The notes below the pieces were generated by a model. The model ran no database searches. It saw only the letters and a program-made list of their open reading frames with translations, and was not told the origin of the DNA. From a virus, in IMG/VR virus record IMGVR_UViG_3300050343_000182: a DNA stretch of 64,000 nt. One strand, written 5' to 3'. Made by a program: the position numbers and the translations under genes. Shown piece by piece: positions 9,518-18,816 of this stretch (its first letter is position 1; each line of letters starts with the position of its first letter).

Positions 9518-10282
9518 ATGCCAACATCTGTTAAGTCCAAGACACGCCGTCGCTCCATGAAACTGGAGACACTCACAGCAAAGCAAATGAGAAGAAAGAA
9601 ACCTATTAATCTTGAGCATCTCAAGCAGATTAATCCACTCACAGACAATCAAGAAACTATCTTCAACTCTTTTGCTGAAGGTAAAAACCTAGTCCTGCAT
9701 GGTGCCGCTGGCACAGGCAAGACTTTTATTAGTCTTTACTTAGCATTGCGTGAGGTCCTGGACCCAGAGACTCCATACGAGAAGGTCTACATGGTCCGAT
9801 CACTGGTGCCTACGAGAGAGATTGGTTTCTTGCCAGGTGATCACGAGGACAAAGCAAACCTATACCAGATACCATACAAGAATATGGTGAAGTATATGTT
9901 TGAGATGCCAGATGACAATGCGTTTGAAGCACTGTATGCTAACCTCAGAGCACAAGAGTCTGTCTCGTTCTGGTCTACCTCATTCATTCGTGGCGTGACA
10001 CTTGACAGGTGCATTATAATAGTGGATGAGTTTAGTAATCTCAACTTCCATGAGCTTGATTCCATTATCACTCGTGTTGGTGAGGATGCTAAGATCATCT
10101 TCTCTGGTGACTACTCCCAGTCTGATCTACTGAAATCTAATGAGCGCAATGGCGTGCTTGACTTCATGAAGATCCTACAATCTATGCCATCCTTCGACTG
10201 TGTTGAGTTTGGTATCGAGGACATCGTAAGGTCTGGGTTAGTGAAAGAGTATCTTGTATCTAAAATTAACATGGGAATGTGA
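9518..10282 (+). CDS. phoH: PhoH-family ATPase
   Basis: GAAGTGKT; REIGFLPGD; RGVTL; IIVDEFSN; GDYSQSDL. Confidence 0.96.
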   Translation: MPTSVKSKTRRRSMKLETLTAKQMRRKKPINLEHLKQINPLTDNQETIFNSFAEGKNLVLHGAAGTGKTFISLYLALREVLDPETPYEKVYMVRSLVPTREIGFLPGDHEDKANLYQIPYKNMVKYMFEMPDDNAFEALYANLRAQESVSFWSTSFIRGVTLDRCIIIVDEFSNLNFHELDSIITRVGEDAKIIFSGDYSQSDLLKSNERNGVLDFMKILQSMPSFDCVEFGIEDIVRSGLVKEYLVSKINMGM

Positions 10283-10957
10283 ATGTCTTTTAATTATGTT
10301 GGTCCTGCTTCTCCTCTCACTGAGTTAGAGAGCAGGACTCTTCCTCACGGAAGGTTCTATAAGACCGATAGTGGTTGGATGCCTAGCGTCACAACTGTTG
10401 TCGGTCATAATACTAAGGCGGGTATCCTTGCCTGGGAGAAGAGAGTAGGATACACTGAGGCAGAGCGTGTCCGCCGTGCTGCATCGTGGCGTGGCACCCA
10501 ATACCATACCATCGTGGAGCACTATCTAAACAATGACTTGGAGAAAATTAAAGAAAGCAAAGGTCTTCCCAAGTACCTTTTCGGGTTTGCTCGTAAGGAT
10601 CTTGATCGTATTTCTAACATTCATTGTATTGAAGCCCCTCTTCATTCTCTTAAGTTGGGTCTTGCTGGTAGGGTTGATTGTATTGCTGAGTTTGATAACT
10701 CTCTAGCAATCATTGACTTCAAGACCACAACTAGGATCAAGAAGGAGGAGTATCTTAAGTCATACTTTGTACAGGAAGCAGCATATGCTTACATGTATTA
10801 CGAGATGACTGGTGTTGAGGTAGACAAACTTGTTACATTATCTGTGGCAGAGGATGGGCAGATGCAAATTGTAGAGAAGTATGATAAGATACCTTATATG
10901 GATACCCTAATCAAATGGATCGAAGAGTATCGTTACTATGTCGAGGGACTTAAATGA
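10283..10957 (+). CDS. PD-(D/E)XK exonuclease (RecB/Cas4-like)
   Basis: PSVTTV; RGTQYH; GRVDC; IIDFKTT; QEAAYA. Confidence 0.88.
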   Translation: MSFNYVGPASPLTELESRTLPHGRFYKTDSGWMPSVTTVVGHNTKAGILAWEKRVGYTEAERVRRAASWRGTQYHTIVEHYLNNDLEKIKESKGLPKYLFGFARKDLDRISNIHCIEAPLHSLKLGLAGRVDCIAEFDNSLAIIDFKTTTRIKKEEYLKSYFVQEAAYAYMYYEMTGVEVDKLVTLSVAEDGQMQIVEKYDKIPYMDTLIKWIEEYRYYVEGLK

Positions 10958-11199
10958 AAGAGATTGAAGAAAAATTCATGACTCAGGGTAAGTTTACCTC
11001 ACTCGTAGAAATGCGAGTCAAAGACTCCCAAGGACTCATCAACTACATAGAAGCAGTTGCGTCTGTTTGTGAGGAGTTTGAGATTGAAGTTGAAACTGTC
11101 AGTAAACTGATCTCTAAACCACTCAAGGACAAAATCAAATGGGACGCCCAGCAATTAAATTACATTAAACGAACGAGCAAAGCGATCTTGCCCCTATGA
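10954..11199 (+). CDS. gp33: Late-promoter co-activator gp33
   Basis: YIEAV...EIEVETVSKLISKPLKDKIKWDA; position upstream of gp32. Confidence 0.85.
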   Translation: MKEIEEKFMTQGKFTSLVEMRVKDSQGLINYIEAVASVCEEFEIEVETVSKLISKPLKDKIKWDAQQLNYIKRTSKAILPL

Positions 11200-11564
11200 C
11201 TGACAACGAATTTTTCAAGAGCGACGTAGTAAAAGATGAGGTAGAGCAGATTCAGGAGTGCTATACAGAACTCTTGAAGATGTCTGCTGGTCTTAAAGAG
11301 TTTGATCCAGAGCAGCGTCTGGAGCATGTAGAGAAAACCCTAGAGTTGATCGCCAAGCAAAAAGTATTTTACTCACGCTTGGCACTAGCATCTCATGGGA
11401 TGGATCCTACTGATGAGAATGACAATGAAGCGAAGTATGTCAAGGATCGTATTGATCTCTTGTCACAGGAGTATTCTGGTGGATTGAATCTCATGATGAT
11501 CCTACAGACAATGGAAGACAAACTACAGGCGTGGCGTAAGGAGTTACGTGATGCCAAATCCTAA
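11196..11564 (+). CDS. Hypothetical protein (DUF1825-like)
   Basis: FFKSDVV; helical; located between gp33 and gp32. Confidence 0.7.
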   Translation: MTDNEFFKSDVVKDEVEQIQECYTELLKMSAGLKEFDPEQRLEHVEKTLELIAKQKVFYSRLALASHGMDPTDENDNEAKYVKDRIDLLSQEYSGGLNLMMILQTMEDKLQAWRKELRDAKS

Positions 11565-11703
11565 CCAACTGTACGAGGACATGCAGAAACTCGATGACCT
11601 ATACGAGGAGCTGCTGTGGGGTCCTGATGACGAGTTACAATTCACCCATGACGGTGAGAAGGTCCTGATCATAAACCGCACACAGGCGCTTGACAAACGC
11701 TAA
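11551..11703 (+). CDS. Small hypothetical protein (50 aa, not in track)
   Basis: RBS AAGGAG; MPNPNQLYEDMQKLDDLYEELLWGPDDEL... Confidence 0.65.
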   Translation: MPNPNQLYEDMQKLDDLYEELLWGPDDELQFTHDGEKVLIINRTQALDKR

Positions 11704-11763
11704 ATACTATGCCACTATAATACGGTGGCAAATACAAAACACACAACCACAACGGAGAAACAC

Positions 11764-12702
11764 ATGTCTTTTGCAAGTCTCAAGAAAAAGTCAGGCACGT
11801 TTGATAAGCTGACTCAACAGATTGAGAAGATGTCCAAACCCCAAGGCGCTGGTCCTGATGAGCGACTTTGGAAACCTGGGGTGGACAAGAGCGGTAACGG
11901 TTATGCCGTGATCCGTTTCCTCCCTGAGCCTGATGGTGAAGACCTTCCTTGGGCACAGGTGTGGAGCCACGCTTTCCAAGGTCCTGGCGGATGGTATATT
12001 GAAAACTCCCTCACCACATTGGGTCAGAAAGATCCTGTTGGTGAATTGAATCGCACACTATGGAATAGTGGTCTCGATGCTGACAAAGAGGTTGCTCGTA
12101 AGCAGAAGCGTAAGCTTTCCTACTACAGTAACATCTATGTCGTGAAGGATCAACTGAATCCTCAGAATGAGGGTAAAGTATTCCTGTATAAGTATGGTAA
12201 GAAGATCCACGACAAGGTGGTGTCCTCTATGCAACCACAGTTCGAGGATGAGACTCCTGTCAATCCTTTTGACATGTGGCAAGGCGCTGATTTCCGTATC
12301 AAGATCCAAACCATTGGTGGATACTGGAATTATGATAAGTCTGACTTCGCTGCACCTGCTACGCTGGGTGGATTTAGTGATGAGCAACTTGAAGATATCT
12401 GGAAGTCTCAGCATTCCCTCAAGGAATTCACTGATCCTACAGCATTCAAGCCTTATGAGAAGTTGGAAGAGCGTTTGAATATGGTCCTCAACAGGGGTCG
12501 TACTCAGGTCCGCACTCGTGACGAGTCCTTTGAGGATGAGTCTGAGGGTCGTGGCAACTTCAACTCTCCTGACATCATGTCAGTTGCACCACTGTCACAA
12601 CCTGACACCACACCCAGTGGATTCGGTGCTAAGATTGAAGAGTTAAACAAAGCAGACGATGGTCCTGACCTGGACTACTTCGCTGCACTCGCCAACGACT
12701 GA
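11764..12702 (+). CDS. gp32: ssDNA-binding protein gp32
   Basis: MSFASLKK start after GGAG; DERLWKP, GYAVIRFLP, YIENSLTTLG; acidic tail. Confidence 0.96.
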   Translation: MSFASLKKKSGTFDKLTQQIEKMSKPQGAGPDERLWKPGVDKSGNGYAVIRFLPEPDGEDLPWAQVWSHAFQGPGGWYIENSLTTLGQKDPVGELNRTLWNSGLDADKEVARKQKRKLSYYSNIYVVKDQLNPQNEGKVFLYKYGKKIHDKVVSSMQPQFEDETPVNPFDMWQGADFRIKIQTIGGYWNYDKSDFAAPATLGGFSDEQLEDIWKSQHSLKEFTDPTAFKPYEKLEERLNMVLNRGRTQVRTRDESFEDESEGRGNFNSPDIMSVAPLSQPDTTPSGFGAKIEELNKADDGPDLDYFAALAND

Positions 12703-12977
12703 TGAAACTACTTGCCCTTCCCCTTCTGCTGCTACTGTCTGCGGCACCCGCCAACGCAATAACCTGGAAGGAATTCTGGGAGCCGTTTGATGGGGATCGG
12801 CATTACCATTACCATGATTCACACATCCACAGGGACTATTACAGACCCCGTAGACGCATGTGTGAGGTGCAAGTAACCCGACGTGTTTGGATCCCTGGCT
12901 ATTGGTTAGGGCATCACCAATACATCGAGGGTTACTACGAGAAGCAGACACGTCTGAAGTACAGACCGTGCCGTTGA
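12702..12977 (+). CDS. Secreted His/Tyr-rich hypothetical protein
   Basis: Signal peptide ending ANA; HYHYHDSHIHRDYY. Confidence 0.65.
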   Translation: MKLLALPLLLLLSAAPANAITWKEFWEPFDGDRHYHYHDSHIHRDYYRPRRRMCEVQVTRRVWIPGYWLGHHQYIEGYYEKQTRLKYRPCR

Positions 12978-13086
12978 CCTCATATATTATTTGACTTTTG
13001 AGTTACAGGATCGGCGGAAAAAAATTCGGGGTAATTTTTAGTCTCCAGGGTTTTTCCTAAATATCAAGTGATAAAGGATGTAATTA

Positions 13087-13401
13087 ATGTTATCAACTGC
13101 TTATCGCCTACGAATGGAATTCATTTGTAAGCGCATTGCTAACGGCGAAGAAGTCAAACTAGACGACATGATCTGGGCAAACAAACTTGCAAAGGCAAAT
13201 ACCTCTGCTAATGAAATGTTGAAAATCGCACGTCGCCAGATTACATACAATATTGAAGAAGGCAGCACAGACGATTTTCTGAATAGGATGGGATTAGGTG
13301 ATCCCGACCCATCCAACCACAAAAAGGGATTTACTGACGCCGACGACATTAAGAGTTGGTTTCATCAAGAAAAACCTGATGATTGGAGACAACGTGACTG
13401 A
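13087..13401 (+). CDS. Hypothetical protein
   Basis: 104 aa; CTAAATA upstream. Confidence 0.75.
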   Translation: MLSTAYRLRMEFICKRIANGEEVKLDDMIWANKLAKANTSANEMLKIARRQITYNIEEGSTDDFLNRMGLGDPDPSNHKKGFTDADDIKSWFHQEKPDDWRQRD

Positions 13402-13525
13402 TTATGTCTGTGTCCAAACATGGGATCCTATTTTTGAGTGTATGCGCTATCATTGGGTACACAAGTCAGAAGAGGATCCAGTGCAATTCGTGAAAAACCT
13501 CAATCCAGAGCAAAACGTGCTATGA
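13394..13525 (+). CDS. Small hypothetical protein
   Basis: GTG start after GGAG; TDYVCVQTWDP. Confidence 0.6.
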   Translation: MTDYVCVQTWDPIFECMRYHWVHKSEEDPVQFVKNLNPEQNVL

Positions 13526-13821
13526 GTAGCAAGATGATGTTCTTGGTTGACACTGGCAATGGCAGGTGTGTCAGTCATGATGGATATATTCAACTTGGTA
13601 GTTTCTCTCATAGTGTAGAGAAGCACCTTGAACTGTGTCCTGAGCAAGAGTGGCAAGTGACCTATTGGATGCCTGATCCATTTCGTATCAGATATCCAAG
13701 ACCAAACTATCAACATACCATGAAGGCGAATGAAGGATCCCCTAGGACCGATAACGCTACTGATAGCAGACCAAGAGACTTCCCTGATCAACCAACTGAA
13801 AGACTGGAAAGGACATTATGA
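13522..13821 (+). CDS. Hypothetical protein
   Basis: ATGA overlap start MSSKMMFLVD. Confidence 0.7.
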   Translation: MSSKMMFLVDTGNGRCVSHDGYIQLGSFSHSVEKHLELCPEQEWQVTYWMPDPFRIRYPRPNYQHTMKANEGSPRTDNATDSRPRDFPDQPTERLERTL

Positions 13822-14132
13822 ATGATGCGAATATCACACCAGAAACTTATCAAAAGATGGAAGATGAGTTTCGCGAAGAGGGACTTGCTTTTACCATTAC
13901 TATTCCTACACAGGAAGCAATTGATGAGTGGTATAACGCTCCTGCACTGCCTTACAACACACCAGAACCTGTCGATATGGTTGCTGAGATGTGGAAGAAG
14001 CATAGAGAGCAACCTGAATCTGGTCCTGAAGCAGATAAAATTGCAGGACTTGCTCTTATCAGAAGAGCAGGTGGTTTATTGAATGCTCAAGTTGAATACC
14101 TAGACAACAAAATTGTGATTACTTATGGATGA
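13818..14132 (+). CDS. Hypothetical protein
   Basis: ATGA overlap; RBS AGGA. Confidence 0.7.
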   Translation: MNDANITPETYQKMEDEFREEGLAFTITIPTQEAIDEWYNAPALPYNTPEPVDMVAEMWKKHREQPESGPEADKIAGLALIRRAGGLLNAQVEYLDNKIVITYG

Positions 14133-14316
14133 CTTTAACCAACCACAGGAAAGACCAGGGATTGATGACAATTTTAAGAAGTTTGCAGTTCAGATACAAC
14201 TAGATAATATATGCAGAATATTGGGTGGCGAAGCAACTCATTATATTTGCACCGATAAAAAGACTCAACATCAAAAATTTGTAATTACCTACGATCGTAA
14301 GGAGAAACAATCATGA
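14125..14316 (+). CDS. Hypothetical protein
   Basis: Operonic 63 aa. Confidence 0.65.
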   Translation: MDDFNQPQERPGIDDNFKKFAVQIQLDNICRILGGEATHYICTDKKTQHQKFVITYDRKEKQS

Positions 14317-14555
14317 TCCCTCAGACCGCTGTAATCTATTCAAATGGAAGTCAAGAATGTGAAAGGGCAGCACAACTGCTACTATCACTAGATGGCGAAT
14401 ATCTCGAATATCGCCTAAATCAGCATTTTACGCAAAAATCGTTTGAAAACGAATTTGGTCAAAAAGCAGAATACCCACAAATCGCACTTGGAGCGCAACA
14501 TGTGGGTAATTTGAAAGATTTGCTACATGTAGCAAAAGAGAAAGGACTTATCTAA
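14313..14555 (+). CDS. Glutaredoxin-like protein lacking CxxC
   Basis: YPQI...VGNL thioredoxin-fold pattern; single Cys. Confidence 0.65.
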   Translation: MIPQTAVIYSNGSQECERAAQLLLSLDGEYLEYRLNQHFTQKSFENEFGQKAEYPQIALGAQHVGNLKDLLHVAKEKGLI

Positions 14556-15505
14556 TATCCACCACCGCTGTAGGACGATCCTGAGGACTGTTGACCACTA
14601 GATGATCCAGCAGACCCATACTGATTAGTTTCAGTTGTATCCATTTGTCCTGCCTGCTCAATAGTTGCACTGCTAGTTCCTGTAGAGACGCTAACTGAAA
14701 CAACGGTGCTACCATCAGCAAGTACATCACCTTCAGAGATAGTAGGATCGGAAGATCCGAAACTTCTGGAGGTGTATTCTGCTGAAGAGGCAAATTGAAT
14801 TGAAGGTATTTGTCCCACAAGAGTCTCATACGTGGGTTTGACATTGGTAAATGCCTCTGCAACAGCTGCTGCAGTCTTCTTAATACCTGTAGCAGGATCA
14901 ACTTCATTAGAAGGAAGGTATTCAACCAATTTCTCAAATTCTTCAACAAATGCATCGATATATTGAGGTTTGAGTAGGTGTATACCTCTCTTATAGTCAT
15001 TTAATGCCAATTCATAGTCATAGTTGGACACAGGTCTAACTAACTCTTCTTTGGGGATAAGTGTGCCATCAGGACGTGAGTATTCAAAGTCTTGAGCAAC
15101 CTCAAATCCATCTCTAAGGATTACATCACCCCTTGTGCTTTTAATCTCTTGTGTTACCCAGTGGTGAATGCTTTCTACGTGTTTCGCACCGTATTTACGA
15201 ACCATATATGCATACATCTCCTGCTCAGTCATAGGCCATTCATCATATACGTTGATGATGTTATTAGTGAGTAGCACGACCCAATCATATTCAACGTTAC
15301 CATATACCCTATCAGCAATCTGATCGGGTCTTTCGTTGTGTTGAATGATGTATTTTTCAAATCCAAGAATGATATCACTTATATCATCTCGTATCTTAAT
15401 ACGACGGAATAGATTTTTTGCCTGGACGTAAGGATCATTATTACCTGTGCGATAACTAGATGTCCTTACGAATACGTCAGGTAAGTATGAGAAGTAATTT
15501 GACAT
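14552..15505 (-). CDS. gp53: Baseplate wedge protein gp53
   Basis: YFSYLPD; ERPDQIADRVYG...DWVVLLTNNI; Ser/Gly-rich tail. Confidence 0.9.
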   Translation of the reverse strand: MSNYFSYLPDVFVRTSSYRTGNNDPYVQAKNLFRRIKIRDDISDIILGFEKYIIQHNERPDQIADRVYGNVEYDWVVLLTNNIINVYDEWPMTEQEMYAYMVRKYGAKHVESIHHWVTQEIKSTRGDVILRDGFEVAQDFEYSRPDGTLIPKEELVRPVSNYDYELALNDYKRGIHLLKPQYIDAFVEEFEKLVEYLPSNEVDPATGIKKTAAAVAEAFTNVKPTYETLVGQIPSIQFASSAEYTSRSFGSSDPTISEGDVLADGSTVVSVSVSTGTSSATIEQAGQMDTTETNQYGSAGSSSGQQSSGSSYSGGGY

Positions 15506-16434
15506 TATTCGTCCTTGAAGTCCTCGCGAGTACGGTATTTGGTCTCTTGGAAAGTGAGAGACATGTTATAGACGGCAAAACCGAAGTCTTTATTTTCCAG
15601 TCCAGGCGTATGGGTGCGAATTGCAGTTGAATCGCCAAAGTCAACGCTCATGTCCTGTAACACCATTTTGTGAGGAAAGCGTAGTAGGGCATTCATATAC
15701 CCACCTGACCTTTTTCCTTTACCTAGTTTTTCATCGTCACCACTTGATTCATACCTAACAATCTCTGCCTTGAACTTGTCAGGGATGAGCAACCAGTCGT
15801 TTCCTTCTTTCGCTGGGTGCATAGATTGTCTAAGACAACTAATGATCTCATAGATCGTCTGCACATCTGCAGCACTCTTAGGCACGAAACTAAACTTAAA
15901 ACTATGAGAGATAAATCCGACACCTTTGAAGAGCATCTCTTCATAAGGGTTGAATACTTTACCTTGCGTTAGTTGGGAAAGATCGTTAGAATCAATGTTG
16001 AATCCATAAGGTGACACTTCACCCACCACCGTGTTGATTGCGGTAGCACCAATCTTAAATCCTAGAGCAGGTTTTGCTGCTTTTGCCGCCGCTGAAACAT
16101 TGTCACCGATATTATCAAGAGATCCACCACTACCAACCACGTCAGCAGCAGCACCGATTACGGCATTACCAACTGCACCAAGGTTCTTACCTTCATACTT
16201 AGCAGAATACCTCTCATTCAAACCAGGAGGGAGGTATAAGTAAAGTTGCTTATATCCTTCACCACTACCTTTATCAGATCCTTGAGATCTCTTTTTGTGT
16301 TTATAAATATTTAACTTAAGGTAGTCTACAACTTCTGTAGGATACGAGGCTTTGTCTCTTACAGACGCCCTGCTACTACTTGATGTGCCCATAGGTTTGA
16401 CCCTAGGGAATACTAACAAATTTGACTTCGGCAT
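15505..16434 (-). CDS. gp48: Baseplate tail-tube cap gp48
   Basis: LYLYLPPGL; VFNPYEEMLFKGV...HSFKFSFVPKS; LTFQETKY. Confidence 0.85.
   Translation of the reverse strand: MPKSNLLVFPRVKPMGTSSSSRASVRDKASYPTEVVDYLKLNIYKHKKRSQGSDKGSGEGYKQLYLYLPPGLNERYSAKYEGKNLGAVGNAVIGAAADVVGSGGSLDNIGDNVSAAAKAAKPALGFKIGATAINTVVGEVSPYGFNIDSNDLSQLTQGKVFNPYEEMLFKGVGFISHSFKFSFVPKSAADVQTIYEIISCLRQSMHPAKEGNDWLLIPDKFKAEIVRYESSGDDEKLGKGKRSGGYMNALLRFPHKMVLQDMSVDFGDSTAIRTHTPGLENKDFGFAVYNMSLTFQETKYRTREDFKDE
16302..16309 (+). promoter_or_regulatory. Late promoter for gp4/gp2/gp54, inside gp48
   Basis: Perfect TATAAATA. Confidence 0.65.
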
Positions 16435-16867
16435 GAGTTATTCTGGCAAATACAGACCATCAAATAGACATAAGTATAAGGGTGATCCCACTAATATTAT
16501 TTATAGGAGTTTGTGGGAAAGAAAGTTTATGGTCTGGTGCGACAAAAATGTAAATGTAATGGAGTGGGGAAGTGAAGAGATCGTTATTCCATACATCAGT
16601 CCTGTTGATGGTCGGATTCACCGCTATTTTCCCGACTTCTACGTCAGAGCACGAACTAGAAACGGAGGGACTCAGAAATTCATTATCGAAGTTAAACCGA
16701 AAGTCCAGTGTGCGCCCCCGAAGAGACCGAAGAGGCAGACTAAAAGATATATAACTGAAGTGAAAACTTACGGTGTCAACCAAGCAAAATGGAAGGCAGC
16801 AAGAGAATACTGTAAGGATCGTCGTATGGAATTCCTAATTCTCACAGAAAAAGAGTTAAACGTATGA
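16433..16867 (+). CDS. gp4: Head completion nuclease gp4
   Basis: MSYSGKYRP..YKGDPTNIIYRSLWE; RYFPDFY; IEVKP; true start 16433. Confidence 0.92.
   Translation: MSYSGKYRPSNRHKYKGDPTNIIYRSLWERKFMVWCDKNVNVMEWGSEEIVIPYISPVDGRIHRYFPDFYVRARTRNGGTQKFIIEVKPKVQCAPPKRPKRQTKRYITEVKTYGVNQAKWKAAREYCKDRRMEFLILTEKELNV
16498..16505 (-). promoter_or_regulatory. Late promoter for gp48/gp53, inside gp4
   Basis: TATTTATA on + strand = TATAAATA on - strand. Confidence 0.65.
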
Positions 16868-17334
16868 GCATCTTCACTGATGTTAAGGATCTTGCAGAAG
16901 GCAAGTCACAATCTAAAGAGTGGTATCGCTCTCAACTGCAATATGGTATGGAACCCTATGAGGGCACCTTTGCAGTTGGTGACATCATCTTTTTTGCATA
17001 TTCTGCATCAACTGAGAAATTGTCATTTTATGACAGATTCCCCATGGTGCAAATATCCGATCTGGATAAACGTAACATGCAATTCTCAGGTGGTAACTTA
17101 CATTATCTACAACCATCAGCAAGAAGGACAATCGCTGCACAGTGGTCTATGGGCAGTCCCGCATTTCCTGCCCGTTGCTATCATAAATACTTTATGTCAA
17201 ATGCTACCAACATTTACACTGTTAAACCGATTGATCTGCAGGATATGACTCCATTGCCTATCGAGCAATTCTTATTTAATGCAGCAGGTCGCTGGATCGA
17301 AGTCCCTAGCAGTCACATCTGGAGTCGAGTTTAA
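16864..17334 (+). CDS. gp2: DNA end protector gp2
   Basis: FFAYSA...YDRFPMV; GGNLHYL. Confidence 0.85.
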   Translation: MSIFTDVKDLAEGKSQSKEWYRSQLQYGMEPYEGTFAVGDIIFFAYSASTEKLSFYDRFPMVQISDLDKRNMQFSGGNLHYLQPSARRTIAAQWSMGSPAFPARCYHKYFMSNATNIYTVKPIDLQDMTPLPIEQFLFNAAGRWIEVPSSHIWSRV

Positions 17335-18086
17335 TGAGTTACAGAAATCCCAATAGTTTTCTCCGATTTGCTGATCTAGTCGCAAGTGGCGAGAAAGATA
17401 TTGCAAAGTCGAATCTATTCTCGGTGGAGATTACTCTCCCCGTAATGATGTATGCTACTGGAACACAACCCGATTTCAAAGAGCATTACGAATCTATCAA
17501 CTATTTTGCTGACAGTGTAACTATCCCTGCTAGAAGGATTAAGACACAATCAATCAAGACTGTTGGTATGCCATATGACTATGCATACGGTCAGCAGAAG
17601 CAAGAAGTCCGAATGTCCTTTATTATGACAAAGGACATGTATCATCGCCAATTCTTTGAGAATTGGATGAATATGACTGCTAATGATGCTGAAAATAGAG
17701 TATCATTCTATGATGAGTATACATCAAGCATTCAGATCCTGAAATGGGAGAATGGTGCTAACGTTGTATATAAAGGTAGAGCTAATAATGGTGCTGGAAA
17801 ACCAGTTAAATTTGAGCAGAGGATGAATAGATCCACTGCAGTCTGGCAGATGTATGGTGCATATCCATTTGACATCTCAGCAATGACTCTTAATAATGGA
17901 CCAGCAGATCTGCTGAAGATTGATGTTGACTTCAAATACGAGAGATTTAGATTTGACACAACTGCAGAGGATGTGCTGTCATTCAAAGCTAGTGCCAATG
18001 ATAAAGTCATTCGCGATTTTGATAAAGTATTCAGTCGCTTAGGATTCTCCAACGATCAGATAGATTCGTCGTTCTTTGGCACCTAA
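17334..18086 (+). CDS. Tail-tube-like baseplate protein (gp54/gp19 family)
   Basis: AKSNLFSVEI; SVTIPAR; FFENWMN; GAYPFDI; VDFKYERF. Confidence 0.75.
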   Translation: MSYRNPNSFLRFADLVASGEKDIAKSNLFSVEITLPVMMYATGTQPDFKEHYESINYFADSVTIPARRIKTQSIKTVGMPYDYAYGQQKQEVRMSFIMTKDMYHRQFFENWMNMTANDAENRVSFYDEYTSSIQILKWENGANVVYKGRANNGAGKPVKFEQRMNRSTAVWQMYGAYPFDISAMTLNNGPADLLKIDVDFKYERFRFDTTAEDVLSFKASANDKVIRDFDKVFSRLGFSNDQIDSSFFGT

Positions 18087-18111
18087 ATAAATTTAATAGT
18101 TATGGAGCATT

Positions 18112-18816
18112 ATGCCTTTACCTAAGCTCGCTATCCCCGAGTATGATTTGACACTGCCTATTACTGGCACTAAAATCACATATAGACCTTTCCTCGTTAA
18201 GGAGGAAAAACTGCTGTATCTCGCTATGGAGTCGCAAGACGACAAGCAGATGATCAAGGCAGTTAAGACCATCATCAAAAACTGCACCAACCTGAAAGGT
18301 AAGGTTGAAGATCTCGCAACATTCGAGATCGAATACATCTTCCTTCGCATTCGTGCTACTGCTGTTGGTGAAGCAAGTGAATTCAAAATCACCTGCCCTG
18401 ATGATAATGAGACCCAAGTAGAAGTGATGGTCCCTCTAAATCAAGTTGAGGTTGTTGTTCCTGCAGATCATGAGAAGAAAATGCTTCTCGATGATAATGT
18501 AGGTATTGTTATGAAGTATCCGTCGATTGATGTATTCATCAGTCAAAATATGTCGGAGGATCCTAATATCGAGGATATCTTCGAGTTGGCAGCAGGGTGT
18601 ATTGAAAGTGTTTACGATAAGGAAGAGGTCTATGACAGCTTCACTAAGAAAGAAGCACTTGAATTCTTGGAAGACTTGAATTCCGAGCAGTTTGCTAAAG
18701 TCCAGAAATTCTTTGAGACTATGCCCAAACTGTCATACACACTTGAAGTTGTTAACCCCAACACTAAAGTCGTATCCGATGTTGTGCTTGAAGGACTAGC
18801 GAGTTTTTTCGCATAG
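18112..18816 (+). CDS. gp26: Baseplate hub assembly protein gp26
   Basis: MPLPKL..PEYDLTLP; YRPFLVKEEK; IRATAVGE; LEGLASFF. Confidence 0.92.
   Translation: MPLPKLAIPEYDLTLPITGTKITYRPFLVKEEKLLYLAMESQDDKQMIKAVKTIIKNCTNLKGKVEDLATFEIEYIFLRIRATAVGEASEFKITCPDDNETQVEVMVPLNQVEVVVPADHEKKMLLDDNVGIVMKYPSIDVFISQNMSEDPNIEDIFELAAGCIESVYDKEEVYDSFTKKEALEFLEDLNSEQFAKVQKFFETMPKLSYTLEVVNPNTKVVSDVVLEGLASFFA
18804..18810 (+). promoter_or_regulatory. Candidate -1 ribosomal frameshift heptamer T TTT TTC
   Basis: Last two Phe codons of gp26; the -1 frame is open to 19007. Confidence 0.7.

Noticed and set aside
10283-10957. Cas4-like nuclease suggesting a CRISPR system
   Set aside because: Core T4-like exonuclease; no repeat-spacer array or other cas genes
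11690-11721. TTGACA...TATAAT as a canonical promoter for gp32
   Set aside because: Spacer is 20 bp; left uncalled pending TSS data
8359-12702. Introns or inteins in thyX, phoH, gp32 or the helicase
   Set aside because: Lengths and motif spacing are normal; no homing endonuclease or splice motifs
16352-16432. Track's extended starts for gp4 (16352), gp32 (11725), MTase (55362), cpeT (26642), DGQHR protein (53690)
   Set aside because: Homology, RBS and promoter positions favour the downstream ATGs used above
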